Origin: Octopus sinensis
Taxonomy: Eukaryota
Assembly (NCBI RefSeq): GCF_006345805.1
Contig: NC_042997.1
Location: 248,001-312,000 of the forward strand
DNA: 64,000 nucleotides
Direction of reading: 5' to 3'
Shown: in pieces, positions 51,055 to 64,000 of the stretch
How the letters are laid out: every line of letters begins with the position of its first letter
Numbering within the stretch: the first letter of the stretch is position 1
Notes under the pieces: model-generated
Seen by the model: only the letters and a program-made list of their open reading frames with translations
Told to the model about the DNA's origin: nothing
Database searches by the model: none
Made by a program: the position numbers and the translations under genes

Positions 51055-51291
51055 ATATATATGTATATATATATATATGTGTTTATATATGTATATATAT
51101 ATGTATATATATATATATATAGATATATATACCACTGTTATTTGAGTACTATTTTTTCCACCTTGTTTCACAATTATGTGTTTACTCCGGTATATATATA
51201 TATGTACACATAACCAAGTATGCATTTATTCATATATATAATACGTACAAACATATACACGCACGCACATATATATGTGTATCTATGTACA

Positions 51292-51345
<54 letters not shown>

Positions 51346-51847
51346 TGTTTGCATACATATATGTATGTGTGTATGTATGTGTGGCTATATGCATGTGTAT
51401 GTGTGTGTGCGTACAAAGAAAACTGTGTATTTTGAAATGCATTTCTCTTGACTGAATGTTAACATTCATCCATTGGAAGATTCGTTTATCGGATTCTACT
51501 TTTTTTTCTGTGAAGCTTCCATTGAGAAATGTGGTAATATTATTTATATTGTTTTTAAATTGAATTCCATTTCTAGTGTCACAACTTAACATTATCGCTA
51601 GAGATTACTATCACCCATGGTTTTATAATTGTTCTTTTTCAGCTTGTAATGTACTTCCCTAAACCATTCAAACGTTCTCTTTCACATCACAATGGCAAAA
51701 AGACAACAAAGCACCAGTGTAATGAAATTATCAAACAATCACTATGTTTAGCTAAAGTATGTGAAAATATGTTGAATTATGCCATAATAAAAGAACCATA
51801 TATATATATATATGTAGGTATATATTTATGTATGTATATCTATATGA

Positions 51848-51938
<91 letters not shown>

Positions 51939-52442
51939 GCAAGTATTAATATAGTAAAGCAAAGCCACGTAACACTTGAGCGAACATAGCAAACGAATTG
52001 TTGGTGGTCACTTTTATAGCAGAATTTATTAAATTTCCAAATTGTTCGCCTCACACGTAAACTGTTTTTACTTGTCGATTAAATAAATGAACCGAGTAAC
52101 TAAATTTGCAAAGTTTTCTTAGATTTTGTAGAAATGAAGTGTTGCTATTCAAAATGACCTCAAACCTAAATCTTTTTCACTAACCTTATTTCAAACAACA
52201 GATTGATCAAATCAGTTCATTTGTGATGCTTTCATACAAATCATTTTGTGGAGACTATAATAGCTTTTTAGCAAACACCGTACTTGGAGATTTCAATGCA
52301 AGGTTGAGAACAGCAAGGTATTTTTATGTCATATGATATACATATAACTGAAAAAAATGTCTATCTCAGTAGAGTGAAATTCTATAAGTTATAAATTATT
52401 AATGGAGAAATCTATCACTTTGCTTCTCTCTCTCTCTCTTCG

Positions 52443-52513
<71 letters not shown>

Positions 52514-52719
52514 AATATATGTATGTATATTTTTGTGTGTGTGTTTTGTAAGGGACAAACAGGAGTGTGTACATTGGTTTATGTTGATTGTACGAGAGAG
52601 GAATGTTCAATAATTGTTGCAGAGGATATTTATTTCATGTTTCATTAAAACCGAAACCAAGCTTCAGTTTTAACTTCGGGAAAAATCATATGTATGCATA
52701 TATATACGTAACATAAATA

Positions 52720-52805
52720 ATCATAGGTATGTCGTAAGAGGTTGGCTTCCCAGTTACATGGTTTCCGGTTCATTCCAACTGAGTGGAACCTTAGCCAAGT
52801 GAGAC
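52720..52805 (+). mobile_element. Degenerate SINE family A head
   Basis: gtaagaggttggcttcccagttacatggtttccggttcattccaactgagtggaaccttagccaagtg. Confidence 0.5.
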
Positions 52806-53079
52806 ATGTCTGTGGGAAGTTTTTCAACATGCTCATGTTTTTTTCTATCGTAGATTATGTAGAAGAATTGCTACTGATTTCAATTTTGGGGCATAGTGCT
52901 ACTCTGTATACTAGTTTAAAAATTGAAAAAAATTTCTCCACCATAAGGTAATGAGACTGCAGTGAGGGGATTCAAAATTCCGTATCTTCGTCCTATGTTC
53001 ACGTCTATTCTCATTAATGACCACAGGATTTTGAAAGAGCTTCAATGACAACGACTAAGGTCTACCTCAAGCAATAGGC

Positions 53080-53200
53080 TTCCCTCCAATCCTTACTCTA
53101 GAACTCCGTCAACCTCTTTTTCAGTGAATTCTCCCATATTGATGTCACTTCAAGACTTGGTCACTATGAAGCCTCACATGAACAATACAAAACGTCTACG
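53080..53200 (-). pseudogene. Possible small LINE ORF2 fragment
   Basis: Minus strand DINMGEFTEKEVDGVL resembles the pre-RT motif of non-LTR elements; very short. Confidence 0.3.
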
Positions 53201-53392
53201 AACAATGAAGTTGAGAACTGGCGTCAGTGAAGGATATAAAAACCTGGACAATTTCAGCCGCGCAATCAATGACTCAGTGACTATATATACGAAAGTAAAA
53301 CAGTCGTGCTTTTCTCTCCAAACTAAAAAATAACGTACAGTTTGCAGTATATCCAGGAAACGTCTGAGCTCATGTCCGTTGCTGACATTCTA

Positions 53393-54670
53393 TCAGGTCA
53401 TCCCATAAATTGTGTTCGATTTTACCTTTTTAAAAATTGAATGAAATTTAACAGTATTTTAGAATGTCTAATAGAATTAAAAATTATTTTTATGCATTTG
53501 TGTATATTTAAACTAATTAAATAATATTTTACAGAATAATAGAATTAAAATTTCTTTGAGTAAAATCCTTTCTAACATGAAAGTATCCAAGGAGCATTTG
53601 AGGCACATAATGGTTTATGAGTACAAAAAAAGGACACTTTGCAGCCGAAGCGACTCGAAACATACACTCAGTTTATAGGAAAGAATGCTTGAATGGTTTG
53701 CAAAATTCAGAAGTGGAGATTTCAGGCTTTAAGATGAAGTTCGAACAGGACATCCAGTTGAGTTTGATGATAAGCTCCTTGAGGCATTACTTGAAGAAAA
53801 GCCTGCATTATCAGTTGAAAAACTGGCAATAAAGCTTGGTTCAAACCATACAACAGTTCACCGTCATCTTCAACAACTTAGAAAGGTTCCTAAAGTTGGA
53901 AAATGGGTGTCTCATGAATTGTCCGAACGCAACCGCACATCCCGAGTTGACATCTGCTCTTCTCTCCATTCTCACGAACTCATGATGCCACCCTTTTTGG
54001 AAAGACTTGTGACTGGTGGCGAAAAATGGATGTTCTATCGAAATGTGAAACGTCGTAAACAGTGGTTTGGTAAAAGTGAAAAAGCTCAACCACAACCGAG
54101 AAGGGAACGTCATGGGAAAAATATTCTTCTCTCTATCTGGTGGGATTGCAAAGGAGTAATTCACTTTGAATTGTTACCACCTAATGTAACAATCAATGCT
54201 CAAGTCTAGTGTCAGCAATTAGAGCGTTTGAACCAAGCTTTAAAGAAAAAAAGACCCGCTTTAGTGAATCGAAAAGGAGTGATGTTTCATCAGAACAATG
54301 CGCGAGCCCACACTGCAAAGATAACATCACAGAAGATCGAAGAGCTTGATTAGGAAACAATTCCTCATCCACCTTAATCTCCCGGCCTTCCGTCTTCAGA
54401 CTACCATTTGTTTCGTAGTTTAGAGAATCATTTCGGGGACATAACTTTCGCAAGGCAGGACGCGGTCGAAACTGACATTTCAGAGTTCTTTGCTCTGAAA
54501 CCAAACCAAAAGAGTTTTACATTGATGGGATTAAAAAGCTTGTAGATAGATGTAAGGAAGTCATAGATAATCAGGGAAAGTACATTGATGATTAAATTTC
54601 AATTAAATATAACATTTAATCACGTATTTTCTTTATTCAAAATTCGGACAGAACTTATGGGATGGCCTGA
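53393..54670 (+). mobile_element. Full-length (1278 bp) but inactivated mariner transposon
   Basis: TA target duplication at 53391-92 and 54671-72; TIRs tcaggtcatcccataaattgtgttcga and rc tcaggccatcccataagttctgtccga; transposase 53577-54595 (MKVSKEHLRH..., WVSHEL, VTGGEKW, IWWDCKG, HQNNAR, SDYHLF) with stops and frameshifts. Confidence 0.95.
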
Positions 54671-55139
54671 TATAAAACTCCTTTATAATCTAGTCCGAAA
54701 TACGGCTCACGTACATTCGTTGGTGCTTCTGAAACAAGAACATCTATCTTAAATTTCATCGGAACGTACCAATGAGTTTGATCCGTTTGTAGTGTGATGC
54801 CTAATTCAATAAAATATAATTTTAAGTTCAAAATGATGAAAGCCTTATATTTTGCATTACCTTAAAAATAAAAACCTAAATGGAACTTCAAGTCGAATGT
54901 ACACTGTTGAACAGAATAATGAGCATGTTAGGACGAATTGGCTTGTACTGCTTTTGAAGAAATAATATTGAAGAAGTCCTGATATTTGAGCCGATGATCA
55001 GTAAATAAAGATTTACAATCAAATTTATAAATATTTTGCATTTATAACATAATGGATTAAGGTATCAGAGTAAACACTTCAACATCAGAGATAATTCCAA
55101 AACGCCACAAAAAAGAAACAATATCAAATATATGATTAG

Positions 55140-55330
55140 TTTCAAATTTTGGCACAATGCCGGCAACTTCGGGGAAGGTGTTAAGTCAAATGGTACTCAA
55201 ATGATACTTATTTCATCCACTCCGAAAGGATGAAATACAAAGTCGACCTCGGCGACATTTGAACTCAGAACGATAAAGCGAACGAAATGCCACTAAGCAT
55301 AGCCAACAATTCTACCAGCTTGCCGTTTTA
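55140..55330 (+). mobile_element. Degenerate SINE family B remnant (minus-strand body)
   Basis: cgaaaggatgaaatacaaagtcgacctcggcgacatttgaactcagaacg is the reverse complement of the family B body; the strand given here should be read as minus for this segment. Confidence 0.6.
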
Positions 55331-55491
55331 ATACCAAACTTAATTTTGATATCTAAGTGAATGTACATATAATAATTGTACTGACCACACAAATAATCAA
55401 AGATTTCAATCAGGCAAAATTTAGGGAGAAATAGATAATAGACAATAAATTAAAGTGAAAGCAGTTAGTTATATTATTAATATCACCGTAA

Positions 55492-55872
55492 GGCGGCGAG
55501 ATGACAGAATTGTTAGCATGCTTGACGAAATACTTAGCGGTATTTCGCCCGTCGTTACGTTCTGAGTTCAAATAGTGACGAGGTCGACTTTACCTTCCGT
55601 ATTTTCGGGGTCGATAAATTAAGTATCTGTTGAGCACTGGAGTCGATGTAATCGAGTATCCCCCTCCCACCTAATTTCAGGCCTTGTTTCTATAATAGAA
55701 AGGGTTATCTTTCTTTAAAGGTGACCAGATGGCAGAAGCTAGCCGGGGAAAATGCTTATCAGTATTTCGTTTGTCTTTACGTTCTGAGTTCAAATTTCGC
55801 CGGGGTCGATAAATTAAGTACCAGTTGCGTACTGGTCCCCGCCCCCAAAATTTCGGGCCTTGTGCTTAGAGT
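55492..55872 (+). mobile_element. Two adjacent SINE family B copies (55492-55705 and an internally deleted copy at 55720-55872)
   Basis: Head ggcggcgag..gcagaa..gttagc; the second copy jumps from ttcgccggggtcga to aaattaagtacc. Confidence 0.85.
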
Positions 55873-57960
55873 ATCAAAATTTGATTTTAAAACATTTAAA
55901 CTGATGTCATATACACAGTACCTGATTGAGATAATGTAATTGTAATATCGATCGAAACCAAATAGCAATATATTCAGATCAGAGCACCAACATAAACGTT
56001 TAAATGTTATAACGAGCATGCACTTATACGCCACTAGATCGCACTTGCGCTGAACATCTACTATTCTGGTTTCTGGTTGACATTTTGTCATGACGTTACC
56101 TATGATGTGGTGCTGGAAAAAGACCATTGTGTATCAATTTGAAATGATTGCTTGTCATTAATTACATCTGTCTTACCAGTTCTGTAAATGACATTGAAGC
56201 CTATTGTTCTATCCTGACAAACTAATGAAAAAAAAAAAAAATAACAAAGAAAGAACAAGTGACCATTTCAGAAACTAAATCACAAATTTGGAGGGTATAC
56301 TTATTTGTTATAGGGTTGGAACTATTAAGGATTTCTTGCCCTGTGGTCTCGTATTTACAGAGAAAAAATGTATTTGAAGAGCCAATGCATGTAGGATAGA
56401 AGAATTACTTACAGCTAGAAATCGAAATAGAGGCACATCTTTCAGATAATCTTTGTCCCCATCTCATGCACGTTGTATTTCGTGCGATTATCACCAAGAC
56501 ATTCTTTTACGAACGGCGCTATTGTCATTTTCTACTATAACAACAACAAAAATAATATATTTCTCTATTTTATATTTACAAGAGAGAGTCTTGTAAGCTA
56601 GACAGACAAACAGAAACTAGTTTGCTTAAGAATTTTGTATTTTTTAAAATATCGTTCTCAAACTGATATAAAATAAAGTCGTTTAGAAATTAAAGATGTC
56701 TACACGAAAGAAAAAAAAATTGAACAATACGTTAAGTTACTGCTAATACTTTTGATACATGGACAACTTTATAAAAAAAAAACTGTACTAGTCAATTAAA
56801 AATATTTTCTCTTTTCACAGAGGAGATAATTTTAGACATGTTTTGATATTATTGTGATATCTTATTCTGACATATCCTTCAAAGTACCAAAATAGTGATG
56901 AATGAATTATCATTTGTACAAGATACTGTGTTGTTTGGCATATGAAAATAGAAATGTTTACAAATTGAATAATTCAAAGACACCAACAACACAGCAAACA
57001 GGTCAGTTAGTTTCAACATACTGAATATGCATGGACTATTAAAAATAAATATTAGATGGTTCCCATTAAAAATAACTATGGCGATATTTAATTTCAGAAA
57101 CTGGTAAATTTCAGATCGGTATCCGAACTAAGCATACTAATAACATCAACAGGACCTTGAGCTGTTTACTGGCTAAAATTAGCAGGAAAATTTCCCTCGA
57201 AATTCAGTAGCGACTTAAAAAAAGTATAAATATATCTGTAAAATGCATTTCGATACACGTTATACCTGACTCAAATCGCTGTGGTTATGGCTGGAACGAC
57301 TGACTATAGGTATACCTGATCATTGAGATAACCGAGTGTTAAACCTACAAACAATAACAACCACATAATAATAACAAAAATATTTTTTACAAACAATAAT
57401 AGCAAGGAAAACAACATATATTCATCATACATTACAAACTACAGCTCGAATAATAAATCAGATACCAGAGTTAGAAATAAGCAAAATAAAACTGAAGATA
57501 ACAAATAAAAAAAGAGCAAAAATATTAAAAGCAAATGAACGGTTGTAGCACAACAGAAACAACATTTGTTCCTTTCTATAATTTCGAGCCTGAATAGCTT
57601 GCTTGTCATGCTGTACTACACATCATTCTCTTGTTTTAGTATCTCTTTATTCACACGACTACACTAAATATGAATATACTGTCAGGAATGAACACATAAA
57701 TTCTCATCATTTCGAGGGTGCTACCTTTATCTTCAGCTCATTTGAACGGATAACTATTTACGGACATCACCACATCCTCCTGCACCTCCTCTTCATCGTC
57801 GTCGTCGTCGTCGTTATTACCACCACCACCACCACCACCGTAGTCGTGGTCATCATCACACAATCTATTTTCTTCAAGAACTGCTACTATTGCTAGTGCC
57901 GCCACCGCCGCTTCTACTACTACTGCTGCTACCACCACCACCACCACCACCACCACTACA

Positions 57961-58009
<49 letters not shown>

Positions 58010-58079
58010 ATCTTTAATCACGATCTTCTTTCCTATGGTTCACTTACTTGTTTCCTATTTTCTTCTTCTTCTTCTTCTT

Positions 58080-58265
58080 ATCTTTGGACAACTTCTATCG
58101 TTGGAGATGTACTACGGTGCCAGCTGTTCACTACTAGTGAACTAAGGTAACACTCCTTATTTTTCGAGCACCATTCGGAGTATTCGAGCGGTTCCAAGCA
58201 GTGCTGTTTTCTGCAAGTGCCCCACCCTTATTGCAGCCCTTATTTGTTCCATGTACTTCTCAATA
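58080..58265 (-). mobile_element. 3' end of an RLE-type (R4/Dong-like) non-LTR retrotransposon
   Basis: C-terminal LQKTALLGTARILRMVLEK* then a short 3' UTR running into trinucleotide repeats. Confidence 0.75.
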
Positions 58266-59930
58266 TAATCGACTTCATCCGTTTGTCTGTCCTTGTTTGT
58301 CCTCTCTGTGTTTAGCCCCTTGTGGGTAGTAAAGAAATAGGTATTTCGTCTGCCGATACGTTCTGAGTTAAAATTCCGTCGAGGTCGACTTTGCCTTTCA
58401 TCCTTTCGGGGTCGATAAATTAAGTACCAGTTAAGCACTGGGTCGATATAATCGACTTAATTCGTTTGTCAGTCCTCGTTTGTCCCCTCTGTGTTTACCC
58501 CCTTGTGGGTAGTAAAGAAATAGATATTTCGTCTGCCGTTACGTTCTGAGTTCAAATTCCGCCGAGGTCGAGTTTGCCTTTCATCCTTTCGGGGTCGATT
58601 AAATAAGTACCAGTTACGCACTGGGGTCGATGTAATCGATTTAATCCGTTTGTCTGTCCTTGTTTGTCCACCTTGTATTTAGCCCCTTGTGGGTAGTAAA
58701 GAAATTGAAATAGGTATTTCGCATGTCGCTTTTTCCTAAGTTCAAATTCCGCCAAGGTCCTGTTTTTCTTTCATTCTTACGAGATCCATAAATTAAGTAT
58801 CAGTCAAGTACTGGGGTCGATGTGGTCGACTTACCCCTCTCCACAAATTCCAGGCCTTGTGCCTATAGTAGAAAGGATTATTATAGGTGAGACGATGATC
58901 CGCCAGAATCGTTATCGTGCCCGGCATCCTGATTAACAACATTTCGTCCATCTTGACTTTATGAGTCCAATAATAATTATTATTGGTAATATACCAGAAT
59001 TGTTAGCACATCGGACAAAATGCTTAGCTGCATACTTTCCGGTTATATGTTGAGTATACATACCCGCCGAAACCAACGTTATCTTTCATCCCACCGGGTT
59101 TGATCAAATAAAATACCAATGAAGTATTGGAGTCAACTTAATAGACTACAACCTCCCCTCAAGATTGCTGGCCTTGTGCCAAAATTAGAAATAATTAGTA
59201 TTAGCATCATCATGACAATTATTAATATCATTTTATAATTCTAAGACAGCAAGTTGGCATACTTGTTAGTTATCACGGCGGGCTAAATTATCAGCAGCAT
59301 TTCGTTTGTCTTTACATACTCAATTCAAATTCCGCCGAGGTCGACCTTGCCTTTCAACCTTTCGGACTCGATAACATAAGAACCAGTTGAGCACTGAGGT
59401 CACTGTAATCGACTTAACCCATTCCCCCGAAATTATTCACTTGTGCCAAAACTTGAAACTATTATTATGACAGCAATTAAAGTGGCAACGTGACGGATTT
59501 GTTTGTACATCGGGCGAAATGCTTCGCGGCATTTCATCCGCCTTAACGTTCTAAGGTTAAATTCCGCCGAGGCCTACTTCGTCTTTCATCTTTACGAAGT
59601 CGATAAAATAAGTACCAGTTAAACACTACAGTTGCTGTAATCGACATACCCCATTCCTCCAAACTGCTAGCCTTATGCCAAAATTTGAAACCAATATAAT
59701 TTTGTAATTGCTGTTGTATGATAGATTGGCAAAACAGAACATCGGACGAGATGATTTGTGGTATTTCTTATCTACCTTATGTTCTAAATTCAAATATAAT
59801 CGATATCAGTTTTGATTTCAACCATCCAGATCGATAAATGAGTACTTGCCAAGTACTGGGATCAATGTCATAGACTATTCCACTCCCTCAATTTTCAGGC
59901 TTTGTGCTCTTGTTAGGAGCAATTATTATT
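58262..59930 (+). mobile_element. Dense cluster of SINE family B: tandem body array (58262-58880) plus further diverged copies
   Basis: Body repeats near 58341, 58523 and 58711; further heads or bodies near 58885, 58990, 59250, 59480 and 59720, all on the + strand. Confidence 0.85.
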
Positions 59931-61277
59931 ATTGGTTGTAGTATAGTAGTTGTAGCAGATTGTAGTTTCAGTTGTAATAATTGTAGCAATAGTAGTAGTA
60001 ATAGTAGTATCATTATTGTTACTGGTCTGTGCTTCATAGTGACAATTTTGTTTTTATTTTAATGTTACTATTTTTGTCATTTTCATTTATTATATTTTTG
60101 TTTAACTTCGCTTGCAAATCTCCAAATAGTTATCGTCATTACTGAAAGATTTATTACAATCTAACCACAAAGGTTGCTCAAGCATACATATATCATCTAA
60201 TTCTTAGAATGTTACACCGTCCTTAACAAGCATTTCAGCTTTGGTTTGAGCTGAAGCAGTTACAGGAAGCGTTATTTTTATTACATTCACATTACAACGT
60301 GTTTCACCTTTGTTTCAACCAGAGCAATTTGTAAGTGAGTGAGTGTGTGTGTGTGTGTGTGTATGTGTGTATGTGTGTGTGTGTGTATGTGTGTGTGTGT
60401 GTGTGTGTTGGTCGGTGTGCAGTTATTGCTGTTTCTGTTGCTGTTCTGAACAACTAGACCGTTTTTCCTCATGGTGCTTTTAGGAATACTGTATCTCCGA
60501 GTACATATTTTCATCAAAGAAACTAGAGAATAGTTACAAGGTGGCATGACTGATGTTTCTAGTAGTTCGAGCGTTGAGGTCATGTGCAGGATCCTTCACT
60601 GGGTTGATGTATGTTGCATATGTGTTGAATTATAAGCATATACTTGTGAGTGTGAGTGATTCATGCGAGCATGTGTGATGTTCTTGGTATTTTTGTTATT
60701 CTTATAGCATTTTCACAGCCAACATACTAAACATGCAAATCAAATAACAGAAAACGTTTTCAAAAGTTCGTACGTTATATATTGTATACATGAAGTCTCT
60801 TTGTACAGTATGACGCTGATATTTATGCTACGAAATTTGAGCAAACTAATTCATATATTGACATATGAGGAAAATTGTTACCAAGACTAAATTGGTTGTG
60901 AAAATGCGCGCCAATTTCTGCTTAGTTCGTGTTTCATTAATGTGTAATTTAATATTTTTGTTCTAGTAACTTTGTTCCTCACTTCGAACTGATTGCCACG
61001 ATCATAACAAGACGCAGAGATTAGTAGGAACACCCGACTTATTATTATATCCAACGAAAATGAAATGGATACCACATGCATAATGTATCTGCACAGCTAG
61101 AATTTCGGAGGTAATGTATACTATAAACGGTCGCTTGACTTGCGAGAAACAAAAGGCATATCTCCCACCGCCAAATCATACCCTACCGCCTTTAATAATA
61201 AAAAAAAAACATGCTAGTTAATGTAGCCTTACATTTCTCTAATATCATTCGATAGTTATGGTTAGAATGTATTTTCA

Positions 61278-61527
61278 CTGAATCAACGTTGATCCGAGGT
61301 TGAACAATAAATATTCAATCAACGTAATTCAATATGGATTCCCATAACAAACAATAAAAAAATAAAACAAGAAAAGAAAAACAAGTAAAAACTGAAAATA
61401 TTTTGCTGAATCAACGTTGATCCGAGGTTGAACAATAAATATTCAATCAACGTAATTCAATATGGATTCCCATAACAAACAATAAAAAAATAAAACAAGA
61501 AAAGAAAAACAAGTAAAAACTGAAAAT
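61278..61527. repeat. Exact tandem duplication, 128-bp period
   Basis: ctgaatcaacgttgatccgagg... starts at 61278 and 61406. Confidence 0.95.
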
Positions 61528-62879
61528 TGTATACAGACGCCAGCGTAGAGAGGTTATGTTTGGCATGAAGAGTATATTACCAATAAACTTCATCTCCTTT
61601 TCCATGGATGAAATACATGTAAAATATGAAATATCTAATAATGTTACTGAAATTATAGATTAATAAATTTTCAAAAGTTTGCAGCACACTTTTCACGTTA
61701 TTTTCTATTTAAGATTTTAGAGTTTTCTACAAATATATTGATTAGTTATTGTGTACAAGACTACATATTTGGAAGAAGGAAGAGAACAATCGTTTATATC
61801 GATCGCAGTAGGTAACTGGTATTTAGTTTATCTTGCTTTGAACGATAAAAGGTAAAGTCGATCTTAGCAACGATTCTCTTAAATAATATGCTTCTTTATG
61901 CTGCAGCGATGACGTCAACTATTTCAAACGGATCTACGCGAGTTGACGTCTACATGTTTTCCTGGTGCACTAATATATTTCCCAGTCTATTATATTATTT
62001 AAGTAGGGTTTAATTTTCCCCTTTTAAATTAAGTATATAAGCAATTTATATTACAGCAGAAAAATGTCTTGGTTACTATGAAACTTAACATTTGCTCTAT
62101 AGCTCTTTTGAAAAAATGATTGAGAATGAAAATTTTCCTCAAGATTGTTATGTTTGAACAAATCATTGTTAGACTTAGGTTAGTTTAGCTTTTCCCTTGG
62201 TATATGAGTCATATAAAGCTATCAACTAATGTACCGGTTGTTTTAACATCACGATGATGCAATCAATATATTCATTGCATAGATATTCAATTGTCGTTGA
62301 TACAGTCCGCCTAACCAGCAATTAAGTATTCTGTTCAAGTAGAACCTGTCACTAACGCAGAGGGACTATTATAGAAATAATGGTTATTTCGCTACTTTTA
62401 TTTCAGCTTCATTTTATTTCAGCTACGGTAACAAATAACGAACAGAGTACACTTGCAGTTAATTTCACAGTTAATTTTATGAAAATAACATCAAAAAGCA
62501 ATTTTTTAATGTCACATTCAGAAGGAACTTCCCTTGTGACTTTCACGGGGTCACTGAGAATGGTATGAAGAAGGCACTAAAAAGAAGCTTCGATGTACGA
62601 ATTGTTACTAATCACTATATTGGTTCTTTGAACTAACCCAGATCGATTCAGAGGCTGCAAGTGGACTGAGCAGCAGCACCACATAACAAACAGTATACAC
62701 TTTCAACTCTACCCTGTAACATATAATGGCACATCTCAAAGATGTTTTAAGAAGCAGTGAAACAAAATATCGAGGTATTTCAAACCCTTGAAACAAATTG
62801 AATTCTGCAATATGACTGAAGGCCAATCAGAGTTATTACATTGGGCAATGTTTAGTCATTTCCAAAAGAAAACGGGCCA

Positions 62880-63075
62880 TGATTGCCGTTGTTTAGCTCC
62901 CTGTCGGCTCTGATCTACCCGACATATAGTATATAAACAGATAAACATGTCTATATGTATGTCATGCATTATAATTCTCAATGCCGTTTTATCAACTTAA
63001 GTTGGTAGGATGGGATCTGAGGGAAATTTAGCTGCTATTTCTAAAACATGAAGCAGCTACATGAAGGCCACTCCT
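62880..63075 (+). mobile_element. Degenerate interspersed repeat (motif gagggaaatttagctgctatttcta)
   Basis: Related fragments near 50525-50560 and, in reverse, near 23000; class not determined. Confidence 0.4.
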
Positions 63076-63299
63076 TTGTTTTATTACTATTAGTTTTCTT
63101 CATGGAGTGATTCATTTGTCATCTGTGCGATTCTCAAATTTAGAGGTAACTGCATTTCACATTGAGTTCAAGTAATAAAAATGAAAGCAAATAGATATAC
63201 GTAAGCTATAATCTCATACATGAATAAATACTCATTCGGGAGAGAAAATATACAAACACTGAAACGCTAAAACTCAGTTACATCATATACTGATGCATA

Positions 63300-63470
63300 A
63301 GCGCAGTTATGGCCGTGTGGTTAAGAAATTCCCCTCGCTACCATGTATTTTCAGGTTCGGTTCCTCTGCGCGACAACTTGGTCGATTCGCCTCTACTACA
63401 CACCCGGGCTGACCAAGGTCTTGTGAGTGAATTTGGTTGACAGAAAATGTGAGGACGACTATCGTATATA
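63300..63470 (+). mobile_element. Degenerate SINE family A 5' half
   Basis: ggccgtgtggttaagaaattccc...cccgggctgaccaaggtcttgtgagtgaatttggttgacagaaa. Confidence 0.75.
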
Positions 63471-63499
63471 TAAAGTGAGAATTTTCAAAATAAAATAAC

Positions 63500-63695
63500 A
63501 AAAACAAAAAACAAAAACAAAACAAAACACGAAGACAGGAGTGTAAACAACAAACAGATGTATTATTTTAACGCTCGGGAAGTGAGAAAGTCTTTTACGT
63601 CTCGAGCCTACGTTTTTCGACAGAAAGTAACACAGAAATAAATAGGGAGCGAAAATAGAAAAAGGTAATATTGGCTAGCGATCTATCGTGGCGAA
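63500..63695 (-). mobile_element. Family H repeat with HHR-like motif at 63592-63627
   Basis: Minus strand cttt CTGTCGA AAAAC GTAG GCTC GAGA CGT A AAAG; followed by (TA)n. Confidence 0.75.
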
Positions 63696-63775
<80 letters not shown>

Positions 63776-64000
63776 TTGCGAGTATATATCCTACAGGGGA
63801 AGCTTAGCTTAATTTTAATCTTAGTGTGGTCGGTAAAATAAAATGCTACGCCTTCTATATCAGAAGTTATTATAAGCAACGTCGTTGACAGAATCATTAG
63901 AGAATCAAACAAAATACTTTACACTAGATGTTTTGGAACTTCTATTCTGATTTCAATTGTCGACTTCGTCATCATTACCCTTCGACTACAGAGGGGCCCA

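Noticed and set aside
57690-57742. Minus-strand CTGAAGA..GGT AGC ACC..GAAA
   Set aside because: Stem III does not form and the cleavage triplet would be GUG; at most a heavily decayed remnant.
62510-62570. Possible micro-exon (ttcag/AAGGAAC...AATG/gtatga)
   Set aside because: No recognisable peptide and no supporting neighbouring exons; cannot be supported without RNA data.

Overview
AT-rich, microsatellite-dense eukaryotic non-coding DNA. The SINE families and repeat landscape look cephalopod (Octopus-like); this is my inference. I found no host protein-coding exon I can support, and most ORF-track entries are translated microsatellites. The window is a layered transposon graveyard: CR1-type and R4/Dong-type LINE fragments, an internally deleted Ty3/Gypsy element, two Penelope-like element (PLE) remnants with recognisable GIY-YIG and linker or RT motifs, a full-length dead mariner, further mariner/Tc1/maT remnants, a Helitron-like element and three tRNA-derived SINE families. 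The most interesting signal is a set of hammerhead-ribozyme (HHR) motifs in several unrelated repeats, mostly beside (TA)n tracts. (i) A ~558-bp head-to-tail array (9.2-11.1 kb) with one type I HHR per full unit, resembling a retrozyme or a tandem PLE pseudo-LTR. (ii) A 273-bp foldback (30.3-30.55 kb) with a complete HHR in each arm. (iii) A canonical-core HHR with an extended stem II beside a PLE (46.4 kb). (iv) A dispersed ~200-bp family whose consensus HHR has a variant CUGUSGA core. Many long (TA)n-flanked inverted repeats are also present. All coordinates were read by eye and ribozyme folds were paired by hand; none was computed or tested.
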